From an uncultured bacterium (GTDB lineage: Bacteria > Babelota > Babeliae > Babelales > Vermiphilaceae), in assembly GCA_963727255.1 (NCBI GenBank), contig CAVSFC010000002.1, positions 416,001 through 480,000 of the forward strand: 64,000 bases of DNA. Direction: 5' to 3'. A program made the position numbers and the translations under genes. The notes under the pieces were generated by a model. The model did no database searches. It was not told where the DNA came from and worked only from the letters and a program-made list of their open reading frames with translations. Shown one piece after another: positions 1 through 11,990 of the stretch; within the stretch, counting starts at the first letter, position 1; each line of letters opens with the position of its first letter.

Positions 1-802
1 ATTATAAGCTCATTGAAACAAATATTGAAAAGCCGAATGGCATTATTTATGTAACAGGTCCAACCGGTTCGGGTAAAACCAGTACTCTCTATTGCATTCT
101 GGGCGAATTGAATACTCCAGAAGTAAATATTATCACGGTAGAAGATCCGGTTGAATATCAAATGGCAGGAATTGGGCAAGTTGCGGTTAAGGAAAAAATT
201 GGGCTCACCTTTGCTGCTGCATTGCGTTCAATTTTGCGTCAGGATCCTGATATTATCATGATCGGTGAAACGCGGGATTTTGAAACTGCTCAAATTGCCG
301 TGCAAGCAGCGCTTACCGGCCACTTAGTCTTTAGTACGTTGCATACCAATAATGCTCCAGCAAGTATTACTCGTTTACTTGATATGGGCGTTGAGCCATT
401 CTTAATTGCATCTTCAGTAATTCTTATTATGGCCCAGCGTTTGGTGCGCCGTTTGTGCCCGAACTGCAAAAAGAAATATGCGCCACCGCTTGATCTGCTT
501 GAAAGTATTGGCCTTACTCAAAAAACTGCGCAAGGAATTACTTTTTATCAAGCAGTTGGCTGTGAAGAATGTAATCAAACAGGATATAAAGGGCGCTTGC
601 GTTATTTGAATTAATGGCGATGAGCCCAGAAATTGCAAAGCTTACTATGGAACGCGCTGATACTTCTTTCTTGCGCAAGCAAGCGATTGCCGATGGCATG
701 ACGCTTTTGATTGATGATGGTATTCGCAAAATTAAGGAAGGGCTCACCACGATCGATGAAGTGCTTTCAGTTGCGACTATTGAGCAAGAGGTTGTTGAAT
801 AA
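1..802 (+). CDS. GspE/PilB-family secretion ATPase, 3' part (5' end outside window; one frameshift near 600-614)
   Basis: Walker [11 protein letters not shown] at ~51-80, [44 protein letters not shown] Zn motif, GYKGR; C-terminus [23 protein letters not shown] in next frame. Confidence 0.92.
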
Positions 803-822
803 CTAATCTATTTTTCTAGCAA

Positions 823-2001
823 TTAAACAGCGCCATTTGCTTTTAATAATTTAATTATCGCTTCTTTATTTGGACTTGTAGATTGTTGTGCACGTGATAA
901 TGCTGTTTTGCCCGTAGTATCTTTCATATTTATTGATGCGCCAGCTTTAATTAATCTCTCAACAATTGCGGCATTGTCTTTAGTTACTGCTGTCATTAAA
1001 GGGGTTGTATTACCTTGCGCTTGCGGATTAACATTGATCCCCGGAGCTGCTAATAATTTTTCAACAATTGCAGTATGACCATTCCAGACAGCAGCCAGTA
1101 AAGGGGTTACGCCAGCTTGTGCTTGAAGATTAACATTAATGCCGGGTGCGGCTAACAATTTCTCAACGATTGCAGTGTGACCCATTTGTGCCGCAACATA
1201 TAAAGCAGTTGCGCCCATTAAAGTTTGAAGATTAACATTAACTCCAGGAGCTGCCAATAATTTTTCAACAATTGCAGTAAGGCCATTTTGTGCCGCAATA
1301 TATAAAGCAGTCGCGCCGCCGTTTCTGCTTTTAATATTAACATTCACTCCAGGAGCTGCTAATAATTTTTCAACGACCGCAGTATGGCCCTTTTCCGCTG
1401 CTTTCAATAGGGCGCTAGCGTCCCCATATATTATATTGGCCGTAGAAGGGGCATATTTGAGTATAAAATTTACTATACCGATGTCCCCATTTCCTGCTGC
1501 ATCTTTTAAAACTTTACCAGCTTCTGCCAATCCATTTTGTTGCGCAATATAACTGGTAAGCCAGGCTCCGGCTCCAGAGGTTGCCAAAGCAACTGCCGCT
1601 AACGCTTTATTGCCACCTGCATAACGCCGAGCGAGTTCATCAATAAAATAGGCTGTCATTTTTTGATCATTTAAAAGCGCTGCGAATAGATTATTGCTAA
1701 CCAATAAATTATGAATATTTTGACCTGCAGCAAACAATCGAGCGGTTTGGGTTGCCCCCGGAGCGGTTATTAAATATTCTGCAATTTGAGTTCTAATTTC
1801 AGCAGGCAAAAGCTCGAATATATTTTTATATTGCTTTTTGGATTTTTGGAGATTTCTTGTTTTTCTTCTTGTTGTATTCTGTAATTTCTTCTGGCTTTTC
1901 TGTCTCCTTTCTTTTGGTGCCTTTAGATTCCTCGGGCAATTCCATGGGATACAAATAAAAGCTAATACATACTAATAAAAATCCAAATTTTATAGATTCA
2001 T
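823..2001 (-). CDS. Secreted ankyrin-repeat protein with N-terminal F-box-like motif (5' region frameshifted; called ORF 823..1809)
   Basis: Repeated TALxxAAxxGHTAIVEKLLAAPGxNVN ankyrin units; in-frame IFELLPAEIRTQIAEYL; upstream AGGAG, ATG at 2001 and hydrophobic LLVCISFYLYP-MELP in a shifted frame. Confidence 0.85.
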
Positions 2002-2203
2002 AGGAATATATATACTCCTAATCAAAAATGTATTTTTAATAAATCGTATTCATTGCATCATAATAAATTTCAGATAGAAAAATCAATATTAATTTATAAG
2101 ATGTAGAAAATGTGATAAAAGAAGGGAAAGAATGATTAGAAAAAGAAAGAATGGCATTTTTGCATCATGATAGAGTATTGATTAGGTATATTCTATATGA
2201 TGG

Positions 2204-2725
2204 GTGAGTATGAAGAAATTAGTGATGCTGGGAGCTTTGACGATGAACATGCAGTCAGCCGAATTTAAACTCTTTTCTCTTGATTTTGAAAATGGCAAAA
2301 AAATTCCCAAGGAGTTCACCTGTGATGGGATGAATAAAATTCCCAAACTTGCATGGGAGCATGTGCCTGACAACACAAAATCTTTTGCATTAATTTGCGA
2401 TGATCCGGATGCGCCGGCCGGCACCTGGGTGCATTGGGTTATCTATAATATTCCTGCAGATAAAAGAAGTTTAGATCATGTTAAAGATCGTTCTGAAAAA
2501 TTAGCAGATGGGACTCTGCAAGGAACCAATTCATGGCCAAAGATTGGCTATGATGGGCCTTGTCCGCCCAAGGGCCATGGCATTCACCATTACCATTTTA
2601 AATTATATGCGCTCGATAGCATGCTTAATCTCAAGCCAAAAGCGACCAAAGAAGAACTTCTTAAAGCAATGAATGGGCATAAGCTTTCTGAAGCTGAAAT
2701 TATTGGATTGTATGAACGCTCGTAA
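2204..2725 (+). CDS. YbhB/YbcL family (PEBP/Raf kinase inhibitor-like) protein
   Basis: DDPDAPAGTWVHWVIYNIP, YDGPCPP, HHYHFKLYALD motifs; signal peptide. Confidence 0.93.
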   Translation: MSMKKLVMLGALTMNMQSAEFKLFSLDFENGKKIPKEFTCDGMNKIPKLAWEHVPDNTKSFALICDDPDAPAGTWVHWVIYNIPADKRSLDHVKDRSEKLADGTLQGTNSWPKIGYDGPCPPKGHGIHHYHFKLYALDSMLNLKPKATKEELLKAMNGHKLSEAEIIGLYERS

Positions 2726-3206
2726 GGGCTTTTCATTACTAGAACTGATGATTGTTGTTGCGATCGCAATGATATTAGTAAGTTTAACAACCATCAATGC
2801 TCGATTTTTTAATAGAACAATACTGCTATCAGAGCTCAATCTTTTGCATGCAACCTGCTATTATCTGCAGCAAACAGCGATGGCAAGCAATCAACCGCAA
2901 GAATTAGTTTTTGACAGTGTTACTAATAGTTATTCTTCTAACGGCCAAACCCATACACTGCCCCCTTCGCTCAAATTTGGTATTATTCCAGAAGCAAAAG
3001 GGCCGCCATCATCGCCGCAAAATAGTTTGCATGAGCCCATAACATTTGCAAATAATACTATTACTTTTTCAAACGATGGCATTATAAGTTCCGGCACTGT
3101 ATATCTGACCGATTCTAATGCGCTCTATGCAATCTCATGTTCAGTTGCGCACGTTTCATTTTTACGCAAATATCGGTATGACGGCAAATGGTATCTTATT
3201 TTATAG
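2712..3206 (+). CDS. Prepilin/pseudopilin (GspH/FimT-like) with type IV N-terminal methylation site
   Basis: MNARKG|FSLLELMIVVAI prepilin cleavage motif; C-terminal ITFSNDG..SGTVYL typical of GspH/FimT. Confidence 0.88.
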   Translation: MNARKGFSLLELMIVVAIAMILVSLTTINARFFNRTILLSELNLLHATCYYLQQTAMASNQPQELVFDSVTNSYSSNGQTHTLPPSLKFGIIPEAKGPPSSPQNSLHEPITFANNTITFSNDGIISSGTVYLTDSNALYAISCSVAHVSFLRKYRYDGKWYLIL

Positions 3207-4741
3207 CATATCGCGCGGCGATTAATTCTTTAATCTTTGGAAAACGGTTCTGCAGCAAGTAATTAAGAACGTTTTCTGGTGGCTGCTGCTGAGTTTTTTG
3301 TTGTTGCTCAAGAATTAGAAGCCCAAGCAGCTCTTTGCAGTTCAAATGAGAAGCCAAGCCTTTGGGCTGCATGAGTAAGTGGCCCGATGGCAAAAGCAAA
3401 TATTGGTTATCATTGCTCCAAGTAAATGGATAATCTAGATCTTCAAACGGTCCTTCAAAAGTAGATTCATCTACGCAGGAATTTTTTTCAAAATCATAGG
3501 TTTTAAGATTCATCGGCATTTTTGACTGCAAATGATAGTGATCTAGAACTAATAATTGCTTGCCATCGGGAGTAAATAAAGTTCGGATATAGCATTTGAT
3601 TGTGATTACAGAGGGAAGTTTTCTTAACCGCTATTCTCAATACATTAAGAACAGTAATATAGTTTTCTTTAACTTGTGCTAAGTGTTGCCCATCGGGGCT
3701 GAGCTGAGTATCCATCAAATCGGTCAGTCGAAGCTTGTTATGCTTTTGAGTTTTAAGATCGAAAGATTCGATATGCGTCTCAAGATGCATTAACACATAG
3801 TTACTTAACGGGCTTATAGCTTCGGCATTTGCATTCTTAATCAAATTCGGTTCATCCAATGTATTAGAGGAGGCAACAATTGTACAATTTGGTTTATTTT
3901 TTGTCGGTATAATGCCGATTGGGTAGCAGATACAACAACTTTTAAATCTGGCGCTTTATAATATTGATTAATAATCACCTGGTGCCATCAAGACTTACTT
4001 CTGCAATTGAGTTCCTAAATTGAAGATCAAGAATCTCATTGGTTGCAATATTGAAAGCACAGGTGCCTGTTTTCGTAACGATTGAATTGCGCATAAAAAA
4101 TTGGGCAAAGGCGATTTGATTATCGTGAGAAATTCCATTGACCCATAAGGCAAGATTCTTGAGCGTAGGGAAATACTTTGTAATTTTTTGGCTGCTGCAG
4201 TGCAATCATCAAATATTGGCCAGATTGCAAGTCCCAAATTTTGCTGCCATCTTCAAAATCTTGAAAAATAAGCTTCCTATCTGGACTGGGATGAAATTTA
4301 TAATATGCACGCGGGGCATTTGGCAATAATGGATCGGGAATAAATTGAACGGGCCCAAATATAAATGGTTAGACATATCATCTTCAGGATCTTTGCGTCT
4401 TAAATAGATTCCATTATTTTCATTATAAAATGCATTAAGGTTGGTAGTGTTTTCTTCAGGCATTAAGAATTCAACAGGCAACAGTTTTTGAGATTTAAGA
4501 TTGCGGTTAGTCGATCATGTGCTCGCATTGCCAATGCTGTATGAAACTCTTTTTCCAGGGGATCATTCATAGGAAAATCATTAAAAAGTTGCTGAGCCAA
4601 TGAGCAATTAGTTTGCGGATCATATTCTTGAACAATTTTAGTTAAATCAATTTGCGTGGAAGGTTTTTCCATACTAATGAGCTGAACAGAAAAAAAGACG
4701 GTACAATTCAGGATAATAAAAGTTTTATACATACTATTCAT
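3196..4741 (-). CDS. Secreted hypothetical protein, possibly beta-propeller/WD40-like, split into several fragments by frameshifts
   Basis: Consecutive same-strand fragments; signal peptide ending LIS-MEKP; SPDRK..SKIWDLQSG, LSPDGQHLA and WSNDNQYL segments. Confidence 0.55.
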
Positions 4742-4845
4742 CTCACGCTTATTTAAGGTAATGAAAATAATAATGGGCTTTTAGTATGCATTAATTATGT
4801 ATTTTGTTCCTTATTTAAGTAAATAGCATTATAAAAAAGGTGCTT

Positions 4846-5602
4846 ATGAAGTATATCGTATCTCTTTTACTTGCATGCGCAGTAAATCAGCTCATCTCAA
4901 ATCCATCTACAATCCCATTTAATGCCCCGGATCTTGGAAAAACTCATTTTATTCTTGGTATGCGGGTTGGCGAAGAAAAAAAGAACAAGAGGTTACTGTT
5001 TGCCAAGCGGATGATTTGACCAATGCTTTATTGCGTTGCGTGGATGGCAGTTTTAAGCAAGCATTTTTTTCTCCTGATGATGATTTGGAAAAACTCTTAA
5101 TTAAACTGATTGAAGTCGAGCAGCAATCAATTAAAGCTGGCGATATTTTCATTCACTAATGGTGAGATTGCGCAAGCACTCATTGCGCGCGCATCAGCGG
5201 GGATTGAGATAGAGATTGTTACTGATATTTCTTGCCTGAAAGATAAATTTAATAAAATAGAGTTGCTCAAAAAAGCAGGGATTAAAATATTTGTTTATAA
5301 TCCACGAAATACTACGATTCTTAATAATATTATGCATAATAAATTTGTGTTATTTGGCAAGAATGTGGGCGGGAAATCATTGCTTTGGACCGGTTCATTT
5401 AATTTTACTAAATCGGCAACGATTGAATAATCAAGAAAATATTATCATAGTTGATGAAATGCATTTGATTGAGCGGTATCGAAAACAATTTGAAGTGCTC
5501 AAACAACGGCTTAAAGGTAAAGAACCGATTGAATTAGCACACAAGGGCAAACGTATTCTTGCGCGAAACACTAAATGTAAAACATCTGCGATATTTGCAT
5601 AG
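4846..5602 (+). CDS. Phospholipase D-like (Nuc/MitoPLD-type, single HKD-like motif) protein, frameshifted
   Basis: FFSPDDDLEK, IKLAIFSFT, MHNKFVLF..WTGSFNFT, NQENIII in successive frames. Confidence 0.8.
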
Positions 5603-5711
5603 ATAAAAACTTACTTGTGCTGAGTAAAGAACGATGAGATGGGTAATGAGCGCAAAGAACATATTGAAGAACGCTTCATTACTACAATTCCTTCCTAGCT
5701 CGAGCAACAGG

Positions 5712-6756
5712 CTATTCGTCTTTTAGTAAAAAAGCAAGAAATTTTTGATCAGAATTTTCAAGAAATGAGATAAGCCTTTTAAAATCATCAGGAATTTCTT
5801 TTTCAAAATGAAAAGGCGTTTCTTGAAAGGTAAATGAGAGAGAAGTGAGCATGCAAAGCATGTCCGTCAATGAGTTTTGATGGGGTGCCATACAGATAAT
5901 CTCCCACTAATGGATGGCCAATTGCTGCAAAATGTACGCGAATTTGATGAGTGCGGCCGGTGACCGGGTGCACTTCAACCAAACTGTAATCAGCAAAATA
6001 TTGTTTTACCGTATAATGAGTGATTGCATTGCGAATGCTTGTTTGATTGCGCATGTTGGCTGTTTTGGTGGTAGAAAGTGCGCTATTATCCGGAATAAAA
6101 GTAGTCATTTTTTTGCGTATGGGTTGGATGTCTGCCAATAGAAAGATCGATCGATCCGGATGCAGGCGGATGGCCATCCACAAGGGCCAAATAGCTTTTT
6201 GAAATGGTGCGTTTTTTAAACATATCCCCAAAGATCATATGCGCATAATTGGTGCGGGAAATAACCAAAAGCCCTGAAGTTTCTTTATCAAGCGATGCAC
6301 AATCCCCGGGCCGCTCAATGCTTCCCACATCAATTAATTCATGATGATTGGAAAGAAGCCAATCAACCACGGTTGGATCTGAGGTAGGAACTTCTGTTTG
6401 ATGCACCAATAAGTTGGCCGGTTTATTGATGATAAAAAAATGTTCATGGGTGTGAAGAATTTCAATGCCCAAATCGGTATTTACTGGGATTGAAAAGAGG
6501 CCGTTGGATTGTTCTATCAGGAATATGATGGTAATAGTATCATCTGCCTTTACGGCCATGCTTGATTTTGCTTTTTGCCCATTGATCATAATCTGCCCTT
6601 TAGCAATCAAATTTTGGAAAAAGCTGCGCGAATAATGAGGCAAGCACCTGGATAAGAATTTATCAATTCTTTGGCCGGCCTGCGGATTCGTTCAACAACA
6701 AGTGAAAGTGGTGAATAAGCAGGTATTGTTTTGGGTAAGATAAATGTAGTCTCCAT
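5712..6756 (-). CDS. RluA-family pseudouridine synthase (RluD-like), frameshifted; ends approximate
   Basis: S4-like N-terminus [54 protein letters not shown]. Confidence 0.88.
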
Positions 6757-7038
6757 TTGATGCCTCATTGCATCAGATGGTTATTATTTCTAATTATAAT
6801 CAATAGTGGGTTAGAAAATCAAGGCTAGCCTTTTTCTGGCTACTATGATTGAATATTCGGAATGAAAAACCCTGACAAAAAGTGATTTATAAGTTGTGCC
6901 TTCGCACTTATAGAAAACACGCTCAAAAGTAAAAACCCTAGTAGACAAGCCATTTTTAATGGTTTACTATGAGGGTGGCCTCTAAAAAAGCGGCTAGTGA
7001 GTAGGAAATCGGCATAGAAAAACTTGATTGTTAGGAGA

Positions 7039-8398
7039 ATGCTCATGGATGGTCAATACCTTTTGCATGAAATCAAAGATCATCTTGATGCGGTTATTGC
7101 CCAAGATACTGCATTTTGCAAAGGGCCTTTGGGAAAGTTTTTACAGCTGCATCCGGCTGATATTGCTGATTTTTTTACTGATATTGATTGGGATCAATTC
7201 CAGGAACTTTATCCAAATTCCCCAAAGCGCTGCAAATTGAGGTTTTTCAAGAATTTTCTGATGTCATGAAGGTCCATAGCCTTTCCTTTATGAGTGAGCA
7301 GGAGCGGGTTGATGCCTCAACTACGCTTCCGGTTGATGCAGCTCACCGATCTTTTTGATCTTTTTTCTGATGAAGAGCTCAAAGTATATTTGGGCTTCTC
7401 AATAAAAAGCCCGAGAAAAGGTGCTTTCTCTGCTCAAATTTGACCCCGAATCGGCCGGGGGCATCATGGATACTGAAGTGCTGGTCTTCATGCAAGATTT
7501 CACTGTTGAAAAAAGCATCAAGTTCTGCAGCGATTCAGCCAAATCGGGATATTTATCAGCAAATTTATATCACCGATAAGGATCATCATTGGTCGGCTAT
7601 ATTAAATTAGAAGATTTAGTGTTGCAAAATGCCCAGGCTCGCATTCATCACTTTATGCGCCCGAATGAATTGGTGGCCCATGCAGATGAAGATCGTGAAA
7701 CAATCGCCAAAAAGATGGTGCACTATAGATTGATGACGGTGCCGGTTGTTGGATGAAAATAATCACTTTTTAGGGGTTATTCCCAGTGAAACGCTGGTAG
7801 ATGTCTTGGTAGAAGAGGCATCGGAGGACGTGCAAAAAATGTCTGCGCTTGCCCCGATGAAATATCCCTATTTTGAGACCTCATTTTTTCGCCTGCTTTT
7901 TGAACGAGGCTATATTTTGATTGCGCTTCTTCTTGCCCAATCATTTTCCACCACCATCATGAAATCATATCATGCGACGCTTGGATTGGCACCTTGCTTT
8001 ATTTTACCACGATGCTGATCTCTACTGGGGGCAATACCAGTAGCCAGACATCTGCCTTGGTGATTCAGGGATTGATCACCGGTGAATTGAATCCAATGAA
8101 TATCTTCAAATTTTTGCGCCGCGAATTGTTAATGTCCGGAATTTTGGCATTCATTTTAGGGGCAATTGCATTTATTCGCGCCTATATTTCTTCGGCAACA
8201 TTCATTGAAAGCTTGGCAATTAGTGTATCATTAGCGGTAATTGTGATGGTTTCAGTGATGCTTGGGAGCTTGATTCCGCTTATTTTAAAACGTTGAATAT
8301 TGATCCGGCATTCTCTGCCGGGCCCTTTCTTGGCCACCCTCATGGATATTTGGGAATTCTTGATCTATTGCTACATTGCAAAAATGATTTTGTTTTAA
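7039..8398 (+). CDS. mgtE: Magnesium transporter MgtE, multiply frameshifted
   Basis: LHPADIADF, DPESAGGIMDTE, CBS region, EEASEDVQKM, STGGNTSSQTS, IDPAFSAGPF and ATLMDI motifs. Confidence 0.88.
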
Positions 8399-8497
8399 AA
8401 TCGACGTTTTTTTCATTACAAATTGCTTTTGCTTGACAAAAATGCCCTGAATCTCTACATCTATAATTGTCTTTTCAATTTAAAATTGAATTAGTAC

Positions 8498-8573
8498 GAG
8501 CCGCTAGCTCAGTCGGTAGAGCAACAGCCTTTTAAGCTGTGGGTCGTTGGTTCGATTCCAACGCGGCTCACCA
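8498..8573 (+). tRNA. tRNA-Lys (TTT)
   Basis: 76 nt; GAGCCGC acceptor stem, TAGCTCAGTCGGTAGAGC D arm, CAGC-CTTTTAA-GCTG anticodon arm, GGTTCGATTCC T loop, encoded CCA. Confidence 0.97.
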
Positions 8574-8603
8574 GCCTTCGCCTTTGGGCTATGGCGGGCG
8601 CGG
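8571..8603 (+). repeat. Family-A ~30-bp palindromic (REP-like) repeat abutting the tRNA-Lys 3' end
   Basis: CCAGCCTTCGCC-TTTG-GGCTATGGCGGGCGCGG resembles copies at 27437, 27855 and 28672 and reverse copies at 19503, 22540, 28712 and 51719. Confidence 0.7.
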
Positions 8604-8726
8604 CCAGCTATTTAAAGGATGAATTGAAAAAAAAGCTATAAGATTGAAAAGTCGAATTTTCCCTTTCGAAGCTCATTTAATAGAAGTTGTCGCTAAACTC
8701 CTTTATGTGCCGGCTCAAAAATATAC

Positions 8727-8799
8727 GTCCCCATCGTCTAACGGTTAGGACATCGCCCTTTCACGGCGAAAACCAGAGTTCGATTCCCTGGGGACGCCA
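8727..8799 (+). tRNA. tRNA-Glu (TTC); T/acceptor junction appears about 2 nt short (likely sequencing deletion)
   Basis: GTCCCCATCGTCTAACGGTTAGGAC, TCGCC-CTTTCAC-GGCGA anticodon arm, GTTCGATTC, GGGGACGCCA. Confidence 0.93.
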
Positions 8800-8883
8800 A
8801 CTTTTTTACTTGCAAAAAGTGGCTATCCAGCCTTCGCTCTAGCGAGATTTTCTGCTTCTTCTTTGCACTCTTTAGCATACTTT

Positions 8884-9135
8884 TCAAATAGAATTGTGAT
8901 GCATGCTTGTCTTTGTTTTAAATCGCTCATTTTCATCAACAGTCCTATGCGGCCATCTATGGTGTTTGCATGTTTTTATCATCGCATGCAATTTTTCAAG
9001 TGCAACTGAGCATTCATCTTTGGATTGTTTGGATTCAGGCAATTCTGTGCGAATAACATATGAAGAATGAGCAGCCAAGAGCTTTATGGAAAAAATACTA
9101 GTCATTGGAAGAAGAGAAAGTGCTATTCTTTTCAT
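8884..9135 (-). CDS. Small hypothetical protein with possible signal peptide
   Basis: 83-aa ORF starting MKRIALSLL, upstream AAGGGA. Confidence 0.45.
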   Translation of the reverse strand: MKRIALSLLPMTSIFSIKLLAAHSSYVIRTELPESKQSKDECSVALEKLHAMIKTCKHHRWPHRTVDENERFKTKTSMHHNSI

Positions 9136-9242
9136 TTTTTATGTCCCTTGGGTGTATAAAGTTAAAGCGTTATAATTCTACTAAAAATATACCAATTATT
9201 AAGAAAAAAGATTATTTTTTGAACAAAAAAAAGAGACCCGCA

Positions 9243-10406
9243 TTATCTGCAGGTCCTTATTTTTAGCTTAAATTGATTTATACTGGAATTGTGCATGTAA
9301 CAGGCAGGCACAGGGGTAATTAATGGGCAAATATTACAACTGGTATCAGGTATGGTTATTGTTGATGGTAATGTGCAGCCATTGATAAATTGTGCATGAG
9401 ATATCAAAGCTGAGATAGGCTGTGATACTAAATAATGGTCATTGATTTTCAAACAGAGCCAAGATAGAATTTGGGATTTGGCTTTGAACAAATGTGGCTA
9501 AGCCAGACTGAATTTGGCATGGTCGGCGGTTCCTGGCAAATAAGAACCGGAATAGTAATAGCTCGGAATAATGGTCTTAAATCTTCTGTAAAGGCGTTAT
9601 TAATGGTGTTAAAGAGAATGTCTTGCCCTTGTTGTACTTGAGCTTCGAATATATGAATTTATGTGCATTTTGTAATTGCGTTGAGGCAATTAGGTACGGT
9701 AAAAAAGCTGTGTAGCTAAAATAGCTGCAAATGCAGGAAATGGAATTTCGGTAACGAGTGTAGCAGAAAATTGTATAAGCAAATGGTAAGTCAAGGGAAT
9801 TGATAGCAGCTTGGAATTGGCGAAACTAGCAGTTTGACGGAGGGGGCGATTCCCACTGAAGAAGCCGGATCAGGATTATAAATAAATGGATTGAAAGACG
9901 GTCAATACTAATTTAGTAATTTGTCCGGGAAATGTTGCATTGTAGTTGATTCCGAGTGAGCTGCCAATAGAGTTAGCCTACCCAGATAAAATTGGTAATT
10001 CCTAAAGATCGATAGCACTGCGTTGATATCATCTACAAATACTGCTTGAGTATAATTGATGCCTCCTAGCGGCCGGAAGTGCTGGGGTCAAGGTGTGGAT
10101 TTCCATGTCCTCGCAAATCGATAGCTACTGTTTAAAACAGTGACAAAATAGATGCTTGTTCGCATAAGCCATTGATCTGCATCCCAGCCAACCGGGCATG
10201 TGCAAAAAATAGTACAGGGGCATTAAGATTAGCGTATTCTTACGCACAAAAATACTTGCAGCGGGTATTAGGCCGCACGATCTCGTGCAGGAATTGCAAT
10301 ACATTGTTCAATGGTGGTGCAATTAGCAGGCTTTTGGCAACAACAGAGCATTAGTGCCGGGTCCCGTGCAATAAAACAAGAGTAAAAACAATATCGGAAA
10401 TTTCAT
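9243..10406 (-). CDS. Secreted Cys-rich hypothetical protein, heavily frameshifted
   Basis: AGGAG and ATG at 10406 (MKFPILFLLLF); Cys-rich fragments; directly downstream of the putative OMP gene. Confidence 0.4.
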
Positions 10407-10434
10407 AACACTCCTTTAATTTCATACTAATTTT

Positions 10435-11341
10435 TTAAAAATTGTATTTAATTCCCACCATTAGCCGGGAAAGCAAGTTCTGTTCCAGTGCCACTTGGAA
10501 TGAGAGAAGATACGCCGTTTAAATTAAGTATTTCTGTGGTGTTGAGTGCTATTGGGGCAGCAGCTCGTGGACGCAATTTGCAATGACATTTCCTGTTATA
10601 ACCAATGACCAATTTCCGCAAAAACAGTATCAAATCCAGCTTGGGCGCCGCCAGCTATAACTGTGTTTGATCTGAAAAATTTTGCGGAGTATCACAAAAA
10701 ACTGTCGTTGCCCCAGTCATGCAACTAAAACCTGAACTGAGTGAGTAATATTTAGCATTTTTATGATGCAATAATCCTACTTTGCCTCCAAAGAAGAATG
10801 CAACGCGATCGCACCATCTATTAAAATAATAGTTTACACCCACATATGCATCGTATAGTTTATATCCGCTCAGGTTGAGCGCCAATCCACTCACCACCGT
10901 TCCACCACATTGAAATCCTGAAACAGAAGAAACTGCACTGCAATTCCGTTTCGATCTAGCTTGTGCATAATTAAACTGAAAAAATACGTTTGTATTACAT
11001 GAGAGCGCATAGCTTATTTGTGCGCCAACTTGCCATGGCAAACGATAAAAATGATGAAATGAGGGGACCGTTTCTATTGCTGTTACTGGCCCAGAAGCCG
11101 GAGCAGTGACACAATTTACTCCATAGATAGTGCCTCGATTTCTCCAAATGATTGGGCGTATTCCTGCCTGGACCATCAATCCGATTGATCCACAATACAA
11201 GGGTTCGCAGGAGCATTCATAACAGTGAGAAAGGCAGCAGTTCTCGACTTCAAAAGAATCAAGCGCGCGAATTGGATTTATTGCTGTGCAAGCAAAAAAA
11301 ATTAACAAAGCATATTTTATGTAGAAAATTTTCATATCCAT
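10435..11341 (-). CDS. Cys-rich putative outer-membrane beta-barrel protein (frameshifted near 10655 and 10460)
   Basis: Signal peptide; amphipathic strands (WQVGAQISY, YDAYVGVNYY, FFFGGKVGL); reconstructed C-terminus IKYNF-stop, a typical beta-signal ending in Phe. Confidence 0.65.
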
Positions 11342-11477
11342 AAACTCCTTATTTTATTACGGATATTTTTTAACATAATAAAAAAATGATATAGTATTTG
11401 GAGCAGTAATTGCAATAGAAATTAGAAATATGTAAAATAATGTTTTTAAAATTTATGCGTGCAAAAAAGGTAACATA

Positions 11478-11969
11478 ATGCACTCATTTGAAGACTTGAA
11501 AAAAAAATTAGATGATTTGGGTATCGCAGTTCATTATTATGAGCATATGCCCATATTTACGGCAGAAGATGGCATTAAATATGCTGCTGGAATTCCCGGA
11601 CTCGCTGCAAAAAATCTCTTCTTGCGGGATAAGGAAAATCAGTTTTGGTTGGTGGTTATACCTTATTATAAAAAATTGAATATAAAAAAATTGGCTGCTC
11701 TTATTGAAGCATCTGAATTGCAATTTGCAAAACCGGAACAGCTCTTGCAGTATCTGCAAATTACTCCTGGCTCTGTTACACCATTAGCTCTTATTAATGA
11801 TGCGCATCATGATGTTCGGGTAATTTTAGATGAGGAGTTGATGGCTTTGCCATTGATTCAAATTCATCCTCTGCGCAATGATATGACGGTAACAATAACG
11901 CCCAAAGATTTATTAAAATTTATTTCCGCATGCGGCAATAAGTATACATGTATCAATCTTGAGCTGTGA
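11478..11969 (+). CDS. YbaK/ProX-family aminoacyl-tRNA deacylase (PrdX-like)
   Basis: AKNLFLRDK, LQITPGSVTPLALIND, IHPLRNDMT. Confidence 0.92.
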   Translation: MHSFEDLKKKLDDLGIAVHYYEHMPIFTAEDGIKYAAGIPGLAAKNLFLRDKENQFWLVVIPYYKKLNIKKLAALIEASELQFAKPEQLLQYLQITPGSVTPLALINDAHHDVRVILDEELMALPLIQIHPLRNDMTVTITPKDLLKFISACGNKYTCINLEL

Positions 11970-11990
11970 TTAGCATTATGTTGCTATTCC

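Noticed and set aside
4846..5602. PLD nuclease as part of an anti-phage defence system
   Set aside because: Stand-alone gene with a hydrophobic N-terminus and no helicase, methylase or other defence partners nearby
8498..8880. Genomic island integrated at tRNA-Lys/Glu
   Set aside because: No duplicated tRNA 3' end and no integrase found in the window
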